IMG/VR virus record: IMGVR_UViG_3300033273_000282
Coordinates: 96,001 to 160,000 of that record
Length of the DNA stretch: 64,000 nucleotides
Reading direction: 5' to 3' (one strand)
From: a virus
Lineage: Duplodnaviria > Caudoviricetes
The translations under genes and the position numbers were made by a program. Positions 14,974-27,000 of the stretch are shown piece after piece. The stretch's first letter is position 1; each line of letters begins with the position of its first letter. Under the pieces are notes generated by a model, which saw nothing but the letters and a program-made list of their open reading frames with translations, was not told the DNA's origin and ran no database searches.

Positions 14974-15287
14974 TGGCATCAACTCCAGCAGTACAAGGTG
15001 GTTATTCCACTGGTCATGGGTGTTTCCCCCCAACAGCCTGTATAGAAGGGTCTCCAAACGTCTTTGCGGGCGGTCAGAACGTCGCTAGAGTGGGTGACAG
15101 GTACGCTGCTCACAGTTGTGGCAACACTACACACCCTACAAGTAGCAGAAATATCACCAATGGGTCCACTACTGTCTACGTAAACGGCATTTTGTGCGGC
15201 AGATTGGGCTCAGATCACGGTTGTGGAGACGCAACAGGCAACCATGGACTGTCAGAGGGTGCTAAAAAGGTGTACATCGGGGACTGA
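14973..15287 (+). CDS. gp5.4: PAAR-repeat baseplate spike-tip protein
   Basis: GHGCFPP...GSPNVF..GQNVARVGD..AAHSC...GSTTVYVNGILCGRLG...CG: PAAR repeats with His/Cys metal ligands. Confidence 0.9.
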   Translation: MASTPAVQGGYSTGHGCFPPTACIEGSPNVFAGGQNVARVGDRYAAHSCGNTTHPTSSRNITNGSTTVYVNGILCGRLGSDHGCGDATGNHGLSEGAKKVYIGD

Positions 15288-15288
15288 G

Positions 15289-15317
15289 TTGACAAAAAAC
15301 CCTTTTGGCTCTATCAT
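15289..15317 (+). promoter_or_regulatory. Host sigma70-type promoter inside the late region
   Basis: TTGACA (15289-15294), 17 nt, TATCAT (15312-15317). Confidence 0.7.
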
Positions 15318-15345
15318 TTCTAGGTAAAACACACGAAAAACGACC

Positions 15346-15489
15346 ATGGCAAAGCGTCCTTCCCTGACTGGTGGTAAGAAAATCGAGACTAAGCCCAAGA
15401 CTACTCGCCAGGGAGACTCTAAAAACACCAAATACTCTGCTACTGCTCGTAACAAAGCGAAGAAAAAGTACCGTGGACAGGGTAAGTAG
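15346..15489 (+). CDS. Small highly basic protein, 47 aa (not in track)
   Basis: MAKRPSLTGGKKIETKPKTTRQGDSKNTKYSATARNKAKKKYRGQGK*; 16 K/R versus 2 D/E. Confidence 0.75.
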   Translation: MAKRPSLTGGKKIETKPKTTRQGDSKNTKYSATARNKAKKKYRGQGK

Positions 15490-15518
15490 GTCTAAATAAC
15501 TACTCACGGAGATAGCAA

Positions 15519-15561
15519 CCTCCTAAAAAGTTCTCTTTTGAGACTTTTAGGAGGATTTTTT
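15519..15561 (+). terminator. Long hairpin plus U tract; 3' arm contains the SD of the next gene
   Basis: CCTCCTAAAAAGTTCTC-TTTT-GAGACTTTTAGGAGG then ATTTTTT; AGGAGG at 15549-15554, ATG at 15562. Confidence 0.65.
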
Positions 15562-15750
15562 ATGGCTAATTCACCTGTAGACTTGGGAAAAGAGTTTATC
15601 GAGAGCGGAATGACGCTAATTACGTCTCCAGCTGCCGATAAATACCTCAATAGGGTTCGGAAAAAGCGTAATGATCCCCCACAAGACCGCCTGTCGCGTC
15701 AATGTGGTGGTAAAGACGGGTTCGACGACTATGTTGAACGCTGGGAATGA
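15562..15750 (+). CDS. Small hypothetical protein, 62 aa
   Basis: Strong SD 7 nt upstream; TAAATA at 15493-15498. Confidence 0.7.
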   Translation: MANSPVDLGKEFIESGMTLITSPAADKYLNRVRKKRNDPPQDRLSRQCGGKDGFDDYVERWE

Positions 15751-15770
15751 GGCACCTTTCTGAAACCTGC

Positions 15771-15776
15771 TAAATA
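15771..15776 (+). promoter_or_regulatory. T4-type late promoter core (TAAATA)
   Basis: Intergenic, 22 nt upstream of gp25. Confidence 0.65.
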
Positions 15777-15797
15777 CATCAGGTCGAATTGTGGCAA

Positions 15798-16187
15798 ATG
15801 GCATCCACCAGCCGTTCGTTTAAGGATTTTGATCTTTCCTTTAGGAAAAATCCTGTAACGAAGGACGTTAACACCCTAAAAAACGAAGCGGCGATCAAAG
15901 AGGCTGTAAAGAACATCGTTCGTTACAACTTCTATGAGAAGCCATTTTTGCCAGCCTTTGGTGGAAACTTATATACGCCTCTTTTTGAGCTTTGGACTTC
16001 AGGTAACAAAATCCAGTTTGAGGAAAGAGTAAAAACTCTTATCAATGCTTATGAACCTCGCGTCGTATGTTATGACGTTAAAGTGAACTTCACTGAAGAC
16101 CAAAATGATCTTAACGTTGAGATCTATTATCTGATCACTGGTCTACCAAACGTTATTGACAACATCGCAGTCATCCTCAAGAAGTAA
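15798..16187 (+). CDS. gp25: Baseplate wedge subunit gp25
   Basis: FKDFDLSF..NPVTKDV...AIKEAVKNIV...EKPFLPAFG...YEPRV; lies directly before gp6. Confidence 0.9.
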   Translation: MASTSRSFKDFDLSFRKNPVTKDVNTLKNEAAIKEAVKNIVRYNFYEKPFLPAFGGNLYTPLFELWTSGNKIQFEERVKTLINAYEPRVVCYDVKVNFTEDQNDLNVEIYYLITGLPNVIDNIAVILKK

Positions 16188-18040
16188 TGGCACTTACCCA
16201 GGTAAACTCGTTAGAATTTAACGAGATCAAAGCCCAATTAAAAGCATATCTCTCTGGTCAGGATGAATTTTCTGATTATGACTTTGAAGGATCGTCCATG
16301 TCGGTCCTTTTGGACGTTCTTGCTTACAATACTTACTATTCGGCGGTCAGTTCCAACCTGATTGTCAATGAAAACTTCCTCGACAGCGCAATTTTACGCG
16401 AAAATGTCGTAAAACTGGCTAAACTGATCGGTTACACGCCCAGAAGCTACAGATCGGCGCGTGCTAACTTCACAGTTCAAGTCCAAACGCCTTATCCATA
16501 CCCACAATCGGTCCAAATCAACGCTGGAATCTTCGCAAGTTTCGTTGGCGAAGAAAATAGCAACTATATTTTCTCAATTCCCAAAGATTTGGTCGTTTCC
16601 GTGAACACTTTGAACGGAATTGCGACTTTTAATGATGTCGTTGCCTATGAGGGCATCTTCATTAAGGATACTTTTGTAAAAAACACCTCTGATCGCCAAA
16701 GATTTATTCTTGGTAACGAAAAAGCCGATACAACGACTCTAAAAGTTGAAGTTACTCGCGGTACCATAACTGACGCCTATCTTTTGGCGACTGATATTAC
16801 CAGAGTTGACAAAACTAGCAAAAACTTCTTTTTGGAAGAATCTGAGTATAGAAGATTTGAACTTATCTTCGGTGATGGCATCATCGGAGAGGCACTTTTG
16901 AATGGAGACGTGATTGAAGCGACATATTCGCTATCTAGCGGTTCTGGTGCTAACGGATTGGACGATTTTACGTTCGCTGGCACAATTAAGGACTCGGCTA
17001 ACAACCCAATCACCTCTGGAATCACTCTAACGCTCGATACACCTCCTGACGGCGGTTCTGAAGCGGAAACAGTGACTTCTATCAAGTATTCTGCTCCAAA
17101 ATTCTACTCTAGTTTCGGTAGAGCAGTAACTACGAAAGATTATGAGTCGATTATTCCTCAAATCTATCCAAACGTTCAATCTATTGTCGCATTTGGTGGA
17201 GAACAAGCAGAACCTCCAGAATACGGCAAAGTTATGATTGCCATTAAGCCTAAAAACGCAGATAAACTCTCTATCTCGGAAAAAGAGGCAGTTCTTAAGA
17301 AAATCCGTGATTATTCTGTAGGTGCGGTCGAGCCAAAGATCATAGATCCATCCGTTGTCTATATTGATCTTACCTCTTTTGTATATTTCAATCCAAACCT
17401 CACCAGACGCTCCCAGGAGGAGCTGAAACAGGTTATTTTCACAACTCTGACCTCTTTGAACCAGACGAAAGAGTTTAATAAGTTTGGAGGCAAATTTAAG
17501 TATTCCAAACTACAGAAAATTATCGATGATGCTGAAAAGTCAATTACGTCGAACATTACTCGCATCAGAATGCGTAAGAATGTCAACGTAACACTCAACC
17601 AGCGTTTTAACTACACCATTTGCTATGGTAATAGAATTAACGCTCAACTTGAATCGCCAAGTTTCCTCTCTAATGGATTTAAGAGAGTAGACGGCGGTAA
17701 TTTCATATATTATTTGAATGACGACGGTCTTGGCACCGTTAGGCTTTTTTACATCACCGATGCGGGTGCCACACAATATATTGGTGGCAACTGGGGGACT
17801 GTTGACTACGAAAGAGGCGAAATTACCATTAACGACTTGATCATTGATGAAGTTGTTGGTAGCAGCCAAAATACCCTCCAGTTCTCGGTCGTACCTGAGT
17901 CAAATGATCTCGTAGCACTCCGAGAAACCTATTTGACATTGGGTATAGATAACCTAGTGGTAAATGTAATAGATGATGAGATTGCGAGCGGTTCTAATAC
18001 CGCAGGTACAGGTATTATCCCAGAATCCAGCTATAGTTAA
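16187..18040 (+). CDS. gp6: Baseplate wedge subunit gp6
   Basis: LEFNEIKAQLKAYL...FSDYDFEGS.MSVLLDVLAYNTYY...FLDSA; RAVTTKDY; YGKVMIAIKP. Confidence 0.93.
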   Translation: MALTQVNSLEFNEIKAQLKAYLSGQDEFSDYDFEGSSMSVLLDVLAYNTYYSAVSSNLIVNENFLDSAILRENVVKLAKLIGYTPRSYRSARANFTVQVQTPYPYPQSVQINAGIFASFVGEENSNYIFSIPKDLVVSVNTLNGIATFNDVVAYEGIFIKDTFVKNTSDRQRFILGNEKADTTTLKVEVTRGTITDAYLLATDITRVDKTSKNFFLEESEYRRFELIFGDGIIGEALLNGDVIEATYSLSSGSGANGLDDFTFAGTIKDSANNPITSGITLTLDTPPDGGSEAETVTSIKYSAPKFYSSFGRAVTTKDYESIIPQIYPNVQSIVAFGGEQAEPPEYGKVMIAIKPKNADKLSISEKEAVLKKIRDYSVGAVEPKIIDPSVVYIDLTSFVYFNPNLTRRSQEELKQVIFTTLTSLNQTKEFNKFGGKFKYSKLQKIIDDAEKSITSNITRIRMRKNVNVTLNQRFNYTICYGNRINAQLESPSFLSNGFKRVDGGNFIYYLNDDGLGTVRLFYITDAGATQYIGGNWGTVDYERGEITINDLIIDEVVGSSQNTLQFSVVPESNDLVALRETYLTLGIDNLVVNVIDDEIASGSNTAGTGIIPESSYS

Positions 18041-18046
18041 ACCCTA

Positions 18047-21000
18047 ATGGCAGTTGAAAGGTCATCTTGGCGCGTAGCGTCTTGGCAGACTCCCTCCACC
18101 CAGGTGGGAGTCTCTCCAATTGATGCTACAGTCTCACCTGAGGTTAAAGACAGGATATCTGATAGAGTTGAGGAATTCTTACCCCAATTCATCAGAGAGG
18201 ATTATCCTGATTTCATTCAGTTCCTGAAGTATTACTACAGGAGTCAGGAACTGAAGGGTAACCCCCTGGACATCATTGGGAACTTTGATGACTACTATAA
18301 TATCGACAATCTTAATGATCTTGTCGAATCTACCGTCACCTCTGGTTCCGTAAGCATTGATGCGTCTATTATTGACGTACAGAACACTAAGGACTTCCCA
18401 TCTGAGGGTTTGATCCTTATTGACGAAGAAATTATATACTACAGAGAAAAAACTAACACTCAGTTTAGAGGGTGTGTTCGTGGCTTCCATGCGACCACGA
18501 ATATTGGTCTAATTAAGGAATATACGTTTGCTGAGTCTGAACCAGCAGAACATACGTTCCAATCTGAGGTAATTAACCTCAATAACTTCTTTGCGCTGTT
18601 TATTCTCGAAAGATTCAGAACTCAGTTCTCAGAATCGTTCCCTAACAAGTTTGCCGACGGTATTAGAGATTCTTCGGTCACAAAACGACTGAAAGACTTC
18701 TATGCGGCTAAAGGAACCTCCAGATCTTTCAAATATCTGATGAGGGTTCTCTTTGGTGTAGAATCTACCATTCTATATCCAAAAGATAGAATTTTCAAGC
18801 CATCTGATGCTTACTATAGCACCAGAGAGATTATTCGCGCTAAAGCCATCTCTGGTAACCCTGTAGAACTTACAGGGGAAGTTTTGTACCAAGATGCTGA
18901 CCCAAATGATCCAAATGTAGGCAATGCCCGCATTTACGTTAAAACTGTTGTAGAGGTTTTCACCGAAGACGGTAAAATCTACGAATTGGATGTAGATACC
19001 GAAAATGGCACTGGATCCTTCACCACACCTTACAAAACTATTCTTGCTGAAGATACCAGCTCAAACTTAAGTCAAGATTTCATTACTGTTGACTCCACAC
19101 TTGGTTGGCCAGAGACTAAAGGAAGTTTCCGAATCAATAATGAAGTCTTTGAGTATGACGAGAAAACTGTTACACAATTCCTTGGTGTAACCCGTGCTAG
19201 ACAAGATACTCTAGCAGCTAACCATCTTGCTGGTTCTGAGGTTATCTCTGCCTTTGGTATTTACGGTTATTCCAATGTAGATGGCAGTAGAATTGATATT
19301 GCTGTATTTGGCGGCACTAGAGGTGTCAATCTGACCAATGGAGGCAAATATTACGTACAAGACTCTAAAGTCACTACTCCTGCCGCTCCTGGCTTCGATT
19401 CACTCGATCCTATCTGGAGTTCCTTCATTTACAACGTTAGAAAGCTTCTGACGGGTACGAAGATCGAACTTTCTTCTCCAGACTCCCAAGGAAGAGTAGA
19501 AGCACTGATCACAACCTCCAAACCCCATGGTTTGAGACGTGATGACAAAGTGGTCGTTCTTAATGCTCCAGAAGACGTTTACAACAGAGAGTTTATTGTT
19601 GTTGGTACAGCAAACGATACTCAGTTTACTGTGCGTCTCCCAGTCATTCCTATTGCTGGTGTAAACGTTGATTTCTTAGTAACTAGAGAATTTGCGAAAT
19701 CTAGTTCTACAGACACAAGTATTAACCTGAATATTAAGGATGTTCCCGCAGACATCCAGAATACTTATAGATCAGATACCCACGCTATCGTAGCGTCTTC
19801 TGGTTTGCCAAGCCATCAAATTGGTCCATTCGCCCAAGGTATTGACCTTGATCCTGGCAACCAACGCTATCTGAAGCGTATCCCACTGACTACACTTACA
19901 AAATCGACAAAAACCCCAACTCCAGTTGGTCAAGTCGGTATTGGTGTTAATGGTGTACCATTTTTCTCATATAAGTCGGAAGACTTCCGACTTTATGGTG
20001 GTGTTAAAGAAATTAGCGTAATTAACGCTGGTGATGGTTACGACATCACCAATCCCCCTATTGTGGAGTTTGAGCAACTTTGGAAACCAGGAACTAACTA
20101 TTTCCTCAACCAAAGAGTCCGCAATAGCGTAGGTAACAGATATAAAAACCTTGGCAGTGGTAAATCCGCAGAACGTGGAACTGAACCCACTGCTACTGAC
20201 GGTAGCCTTACTGTAGACGGTTCCTGCCTTTGGGAACTTGAGGGTGTCTCTGCCGAGGCAACTGTTTCGGTTTCGGGTCGAGTTTTTGCGATTAACGTAA
20301 CAAATGGTGGTCAAAATTATACCACTGCTCCTACTGTCTCTATTAGTGGTGGTAACCCTACGGTTCAGGCAGCTGCTACTGCCACTATTACTTCTGGCGT
20401 GGTCACTGCTATTAGTGTCACTGCTGAGGGTTCTGGATACACTAGCGTCCCAGTTGTCACTCTAAGTGGTGGCGGCGGTAGTGGTGCTACAGCAGAAGCC
20501 GTTGTTCGTGGCGGTCTGGAAGCAGATGGCATTACTATTACAAACCCAGGTTCTAACTATTCAGAAAGACCTTCTATCACTCTGATTTCTGGTACAGGTG
20601 CTGTAGCATATCCTTCCATTGTTAATGGGAAGATTGCTTCTATCATTCTGACATATGGTGGTAAAAACTACTATGGTCCTCCTGACGTTATCATTACTGG
20701 TGATGGTGTAGGTGCTGTGGCATTTGCTGAGATTGATTCTAATACACAGCAAGTTACTTCTATTAGAGTTACAAACGGTGGTATTGGATATACCGCTGGT
20801 AAAACATTTGTAGATATTGTATATCCTGGTACTGGCGCTTCTTTCCAAGTAGAACTGCCCATCCTCAACTATAACAAAGCCGCAACTCCAGAAGAGTTTG
20901 GATTGACAAGTGCTCAGATGACTGCGTACAAGATTGCTGATGCTGCCAGTGGCGTTTCCATTAAAGGTGCCAACTTTGCCGTATATGGCGGTGAATATGG

Positions 21001-24000
21001 ATACATGTACAATCCCAAGAAGCTTCGCTTCTTACTGAAGGATAACGTCAGCGACGGAAACAACTCAGAACTCAATCCAACTAGACACTCACCTATTATT
21101 GGTTGGGCTTTTGATGGTCATCCCATCTATGGTCCTTACGGATACGCTGATAAAGAGAATAAAAACCCATTCAACCAATACAAGCAGATGGTTTCCAGCT
21201 ATAGGCTGAGAACCAACAGAGATGCGCTTGTACAAGGTTTAACTGACCGTATGGGTACGTATATTGAAGATTACGAATATGTTGAAGGGTCTGGTGACTT
21301 GGACCGATACAACGGGCGTTATTGCGTAACACCAGAATTTCCTAATGGCGTATACGCATACTTCTGTGCCATTGATGGTACAACTGGTAATCCCAAGTTC
21401 CCATACTTTATTGGTCCAGAATTCTACTCACAAGCAGACAGCATTAACTGGACAGGTAATGGTCTTCAGCGCCTCTTCACTGAAGACGCTGTACGTTACA
21501 AGGCTCCATATATTGCCGTTGATGAAGCCGTTGTTAGAAGAAAATATCTTGGGGAAGGAACTGAGTTCCTGTTGGCAATGGAAGATGCCACAACTCCCAT
21601 TGTTCTTGAAAACTACGCCAACAATAACACGGAACCTGTATATATTGTATTTGACGATGTTGGTATTGGATACTATGATTACTTCCCAACAATCAAGGGT
21701 GGTAAGACTGATTCTCTGTATGTTTCGGCTACAAACAGATACTTCTCCGAAGGTATTGACCAGTACCTGATCGAAGGTGCTGGATTTGGATATAAAGTCA
21801 ATGATAGACTTATATTTGACGAGACTGGCACTGGAGGCAGTGGCATTTCTGCTCGTGTTGGTAGAATTACTGGCGAAACTGTAAGTGGCATGACTTACTC
21901 CGTCAATCCCGACACTGATGTAATCACAGCAACCATTACAACTGAAAGTGACCACTTTATCAAGCCAGATGAATTTATTGATGTCACTATCACAGACAAT
22001 TATGTCAATGAAGACATCAAGGTCAAGATCATCAACGATAAGTACCACTTTAGCTATTTTGACGCTACTGACTATCGCCAAAGCAGCCCAGGTAGACTTC
22101 AGCAAGGTGATCTAACTATTACTGGCGGTCAAGATTATCTAAACGGCACTTATAACAATATTCGCCTCAGTGGTGGATCTGGCGAAGGTGCTATTGCTAA
22201 TATCATCGTTACTGGCGGAGCAGTCACCAATGTAACTATTACCGACCAAGGTAAGAACTATCTGGACAATGATGTCCTGACAGTTAACGATGCTCAACTC
22301 GGCGGGGGCGGTGGATCTGGCTTTAGTATTGATGTTGGTGAAGTTCTTAAGACTGGAGAACTGATCGATCAGAACTGGACCATTTTTGCTGGTAGTGGAT
22401 ACACTACAGGTGTATACTATAACGTTCCACTGTTCAATGGTCAGTCTTCTGGTGAAGGTGCTGAGTTTACTATTACAGTTAACAACAACCAAGAAGTTTC
22501 TAGTGTTGTTCTAACTAAGGCGGGTTCTGGATACAGAGCTGGAGAACCATTGACTGCCAACAATCTTGATATCGGTAATGGCAATGGTTTCACTCTTACA
22601 CCAACACAAGTTTCGATTGAATATACCCTAAGAGCCAGTGCTGCTCACAATCTTAAGGTTGGCGATACTGTTGTTATCACAAACAGCAATCCCGCTGAGT
22701 ATGATGGTACTTTTGTTGTTACAGGTACTTCTACTCAGAGAAGATTCCAATTTAAGAATCCAACAAGCCAGTTTGTTCCCAACGAAGCAATTCCAACAAC
22801 TACAGTCATTTACTGTAGGGAACCTAACCTTAATCTGATCAACGGACACGCTTACACCTTTGATACTTCTGATACCTCTAATACAGATAGAAGACTGGAG
22901 TTCACCTTCGATAAGGAGAATACCAATATCTTCACCTACAAGAATATCACCGATGTAGATAATGACCCTGTAACTGGACAACAACTGTCCACTCAGGTTC
23001 TCATTAAGGACATTCCTGGCACACTGTTCTATTTTGATATCAACGGCAACGTTGACGGTAGCTTCTTCAGCGTAATCCAAGATCCTTACATCGGATCGAA
23101 TACGGTCACATCTGTAACTGCTACAACTGTATCATTTGTACTTCCAAATGAGCCTGACTCTGGATATGCTAAGAGCAATGGTGTAATCTACTCTACAAGT
23201 TCCATTTACCCAAGCGGCGGTATCGCTTCTATCAATATTGGTGACAAAGGTAGAAACTATTCCACTCTTCCCAAATTCACCAGTGTTACTAGATCTGGTA
23301 ACGGTGCTACTGCTACATGTACTATTTCTGGTTTTGTAGAAGACGTTGCTGTTATTGAAAATGGAACTGGTTACGAATCTAGCCAACCACCCTCTGTATA
23401 CTGCTCACTTCCAGATTTTGTAGATCTTACCCTCGATAAAGTCTTTGGTACTTTCTCCACAGGTGATGTTGTCACCTCGGAGCAAGTCCTCACTGGAGAT
23501 AGTGCTCGTGGTAAGGTAATTAGCTGGGATGCTAACACATCGACTCTCAGAGTTCAACCCCTGAGAAATAATATTACTGGTGCTACAGATCGTGGCTTCC
23601 TGATGTTCAACCAAGGAATTGCTGCTCGTAAGAACGTCTTTAGTGGTCCAAACCAAGCAGAAATTACTAACGTTGTTGGTACACAGGCAACTGTTGCTGC
23701 TATTGTTCCTGCTTCTGGTCCTGAACTTGGTACTATCTCTAACATTGCTATTAACAATAGCGGTAGTCATTATAGAAAGGCACCTACAATTTACATTGAT
23801 GATCCTTACTATGGTGGCGTCAAAGCAGTTACTATCACCAATCAGAACACTTCTGCCAATTTCCAAGCTGGCACATACACTGGAGTAACTCAAAAATCCG
23901 TCGCACCTACTGGTGGTATTGGCGTTGAGTTTACAGTAGTAGTTGACGCTGCTACATTTGACATCACTTCGGTGACGGTGGAGAGTGGCGATGAGGGTAG

Positions 24001-27000
24001 TACATATTCTCTTGGTGACCTGATCACAATCTCTGGTGCCCAAATCACTGGTGGTGTTGATGGTACTGATGACTTTGTTGTGTCAGTTAGCGAACTGAAG
24101 TTTGTAAGACCTGCTCAAACTTCTACTACAATTAACGCATCTATTGATGAAGTTAAGCTGACCAGTGCTGGTTCTGGTTATTTGTCTGCTCCAGATGTCA
24201 CTATCTCTGGCGGTACTGGTATCGATGCAGTATTGAGAGCCGAAATTGTAGATGAATCTGTAACTAAAATTATTATTGAGAATGCTGGTTCTAAGTTCCA
24301 GAATGCTCCAATTATTGCTATTAGACAAGAAATAGGTAGAGGTGCTTCTATCTTGCTGAAATCTAGTAACCTCGGTAAGATCATCAACCTCGGTGGTGAC
24401 AACATCACCTACAACTATTCCCACGATAGAACCCTTAAACCAGAGGTTAATACCACCTACAACCTTCAATTGGTTAGAACTCAGATTGTTGACTTCTTCA
24501 CTGTAACTAACGGTGGATATTCCTTTGTTTCCACACCAACTATTGAGTTTGTTGGTGGTGGTGGATCTGGCTTTGAAGCAAAGGTAAATGTAGATAACGA
24601 AGTTATCCAAAGCATTGACGTAGTAAACCCAGGTAAGGGTTTCTCATCCACACCCGATGTTCTGGCTAGAGTTACTCACCAGTTTACACCACTAACTTCC
24701 AATAGCACTCTCAACTTCCCATACAATACTAAAATTCCTACAGGAACTAAAGTTACTTTGGTGGAAGTTGATGGAACTCTTCCAGCTCCACTTCTGACTG
24801 ATACTACTTACTACGCAATTGCTCCAACTACAGCAAACGGACTTGGTTCTAACCAGATGCTGCTTGCTACCACTTTGGCTAACGCAGTTAGTGGCAGTGC
24901 GATCACATTGACAGGCGTAGCTTCCGTTGGTAATGGAGGCACTGCTACTTTCCAACTTACAACTACGGACCTGGGAGACAATATCAGTGTCACATTGACA
25001 CCAGCATCTTTTGCTGTTGGTGAAAAAGTTTACCAAGGTGTTTCTACTGCTTCCTTCAATGCTGTCGGTATTGTTAAGGCATGGGATCCATTTGGTAGAA
25101 TTCTTTCGGTCGAAGTTCAGTCTGGCGAATTTGAACTCAACCAACCAGTCTTCGGTCTTGAAACTAAGGCATTTGGTGAGATTCACGACTTCGATAAAGC
25201 AGACGCTACTTTCCAAGTTTCTCCAATCGCTACTGCTACGGCTCAATTCAAGAGAACCACTGGTATTCTTGATCTTAATGAGCAGCGTTTGTATGACTCG
25301 GATAGATTCCAAGAATTCTCTTATGTTGTAAGTTCCCCCATCAACGTAAAAGAATGGAAGAACCAATTTAAGAAAACAGCACACCCTGCTGGATTTAAGG
25401 TTCTTGGTACTCAGATTATCTCTCAAACAGCGTTTAAGAGATACAACGCATCCTCCTTCTACAACCCAGCAAACCCAGATCCAAACAACTGGTGGGTACA
25501 AAGAACTGGAAATGAGTACCAATCCTTTAATGGAACCACGTTCTTTACTCCTAAGCCTTCTGCTTCTAACGCTGGTAAACTTTCTACCATCCAGAACTAC
25601 TTCATGGGCAAGCCAGACTATACAGCGTCTGTCCCAACCAATGTTCTAGTCGAAGGTAAGCAACTTCTGGATATCCAGAGAATCCTTAGCGCAATCGTCA
25701 ATAAGCTTGACAAGATTGAAAGCAGAACTATCACATTTGACGGTTCCGACAGCAATGTCGTTGTTACTGCTAGCGATCAACTTGCTGTAACTAACCACGG
25801 TTTCATTACTGGTCAAAAGGCAAATTACTCTGCTCCTGCTGACAGATATCAGGATGCTAGAGAACTGATCCTTCAGAACATCGACTATATTATTGACCAA
25901 TCTGTTCAGTATCTGGAAGCACAGTATCCTGCCCTGACGGATGGTACTAAGCCAGATTATGATAGAACTATCTGTGCTCGTGACTTGAGACTGGTAGTTG
26001 TTGCTTGGTGTAATGACCTCCGCTTTGGTGGCAACGCTTTTACTTGGGATGCTGTACAAGAATATATTGGTGGAGTCGGTACTATTGGTAACCGATATGC
26101 CAACGCTAGACAGAGCATCCTGGATAACAAGAAACTGATTGCTGAGGAAGCAGTCGGTAGAATGCTTGCTGATCCAAATAACATCGCATTTACGGTTCCC
26201 ACGGGAAACAATCAAGATTGTATTGATGACGTTATTGACGTTCTGGAAGCACTCGCTTATAACCTGTCATTTGGCGGAAACAGCGAGGTATACGATGCTG
26301 CTAACCTGTACATCACAGGAGCACACGTATCTGGTGAAGAAACTCAGACAGTTGAGGTATTCAACTACGCTAGAGACATGGCAATCCAAGCCATGCAGAA
26401 CTACCCAATCAATCCAACCTATACAGGAGAATCTCAAGTATTTGACCTTACTATCACTAAGGATCCTGCTGGTTACATTAGTGACAGACATGCTGATGCT
26501 AGAGATCTAATTCTCGCAAATAAGACTCAGATTGCGGTTACTGCTGTTGACAGAATGCTGGCTAACTTCCCAGTATTCTCTGTTCCAACTGGCAGAACTA
26601 ACTGTGAGGATGACATTGTAGATATCCTTGAAGCAGTTGCCGAGAACATGTCTCGCGGTGGCAACGACGAAGTTTGGGATGCCGCAAACTACTATGTCAC
26701 AGGAACACACATCCTGGGTGAAGAAGTAGAGTCCGTCTATGCTGTAGAGCAAGCAAGAGACATTGCTGTTTTGGTAATCCAAAACAAGGTTGTTAGTGAC
26801 ATGGCGGGTCAGGTATTTGATCTGACAATTACCGACGACACTGCTCCTCCTGACCAACCAGGCTATGTTAAGTGTGCTACTCAGGTAGCTGCCATCAATA
26901 CTTTGATGGATATGGTTACTGCTGCCATTCAGGCACCTCTGTCGCATCTTATTTCTAACAGAACTGAAAAGACTGGTGGTTATGTCGCATCCTGCCAGAA

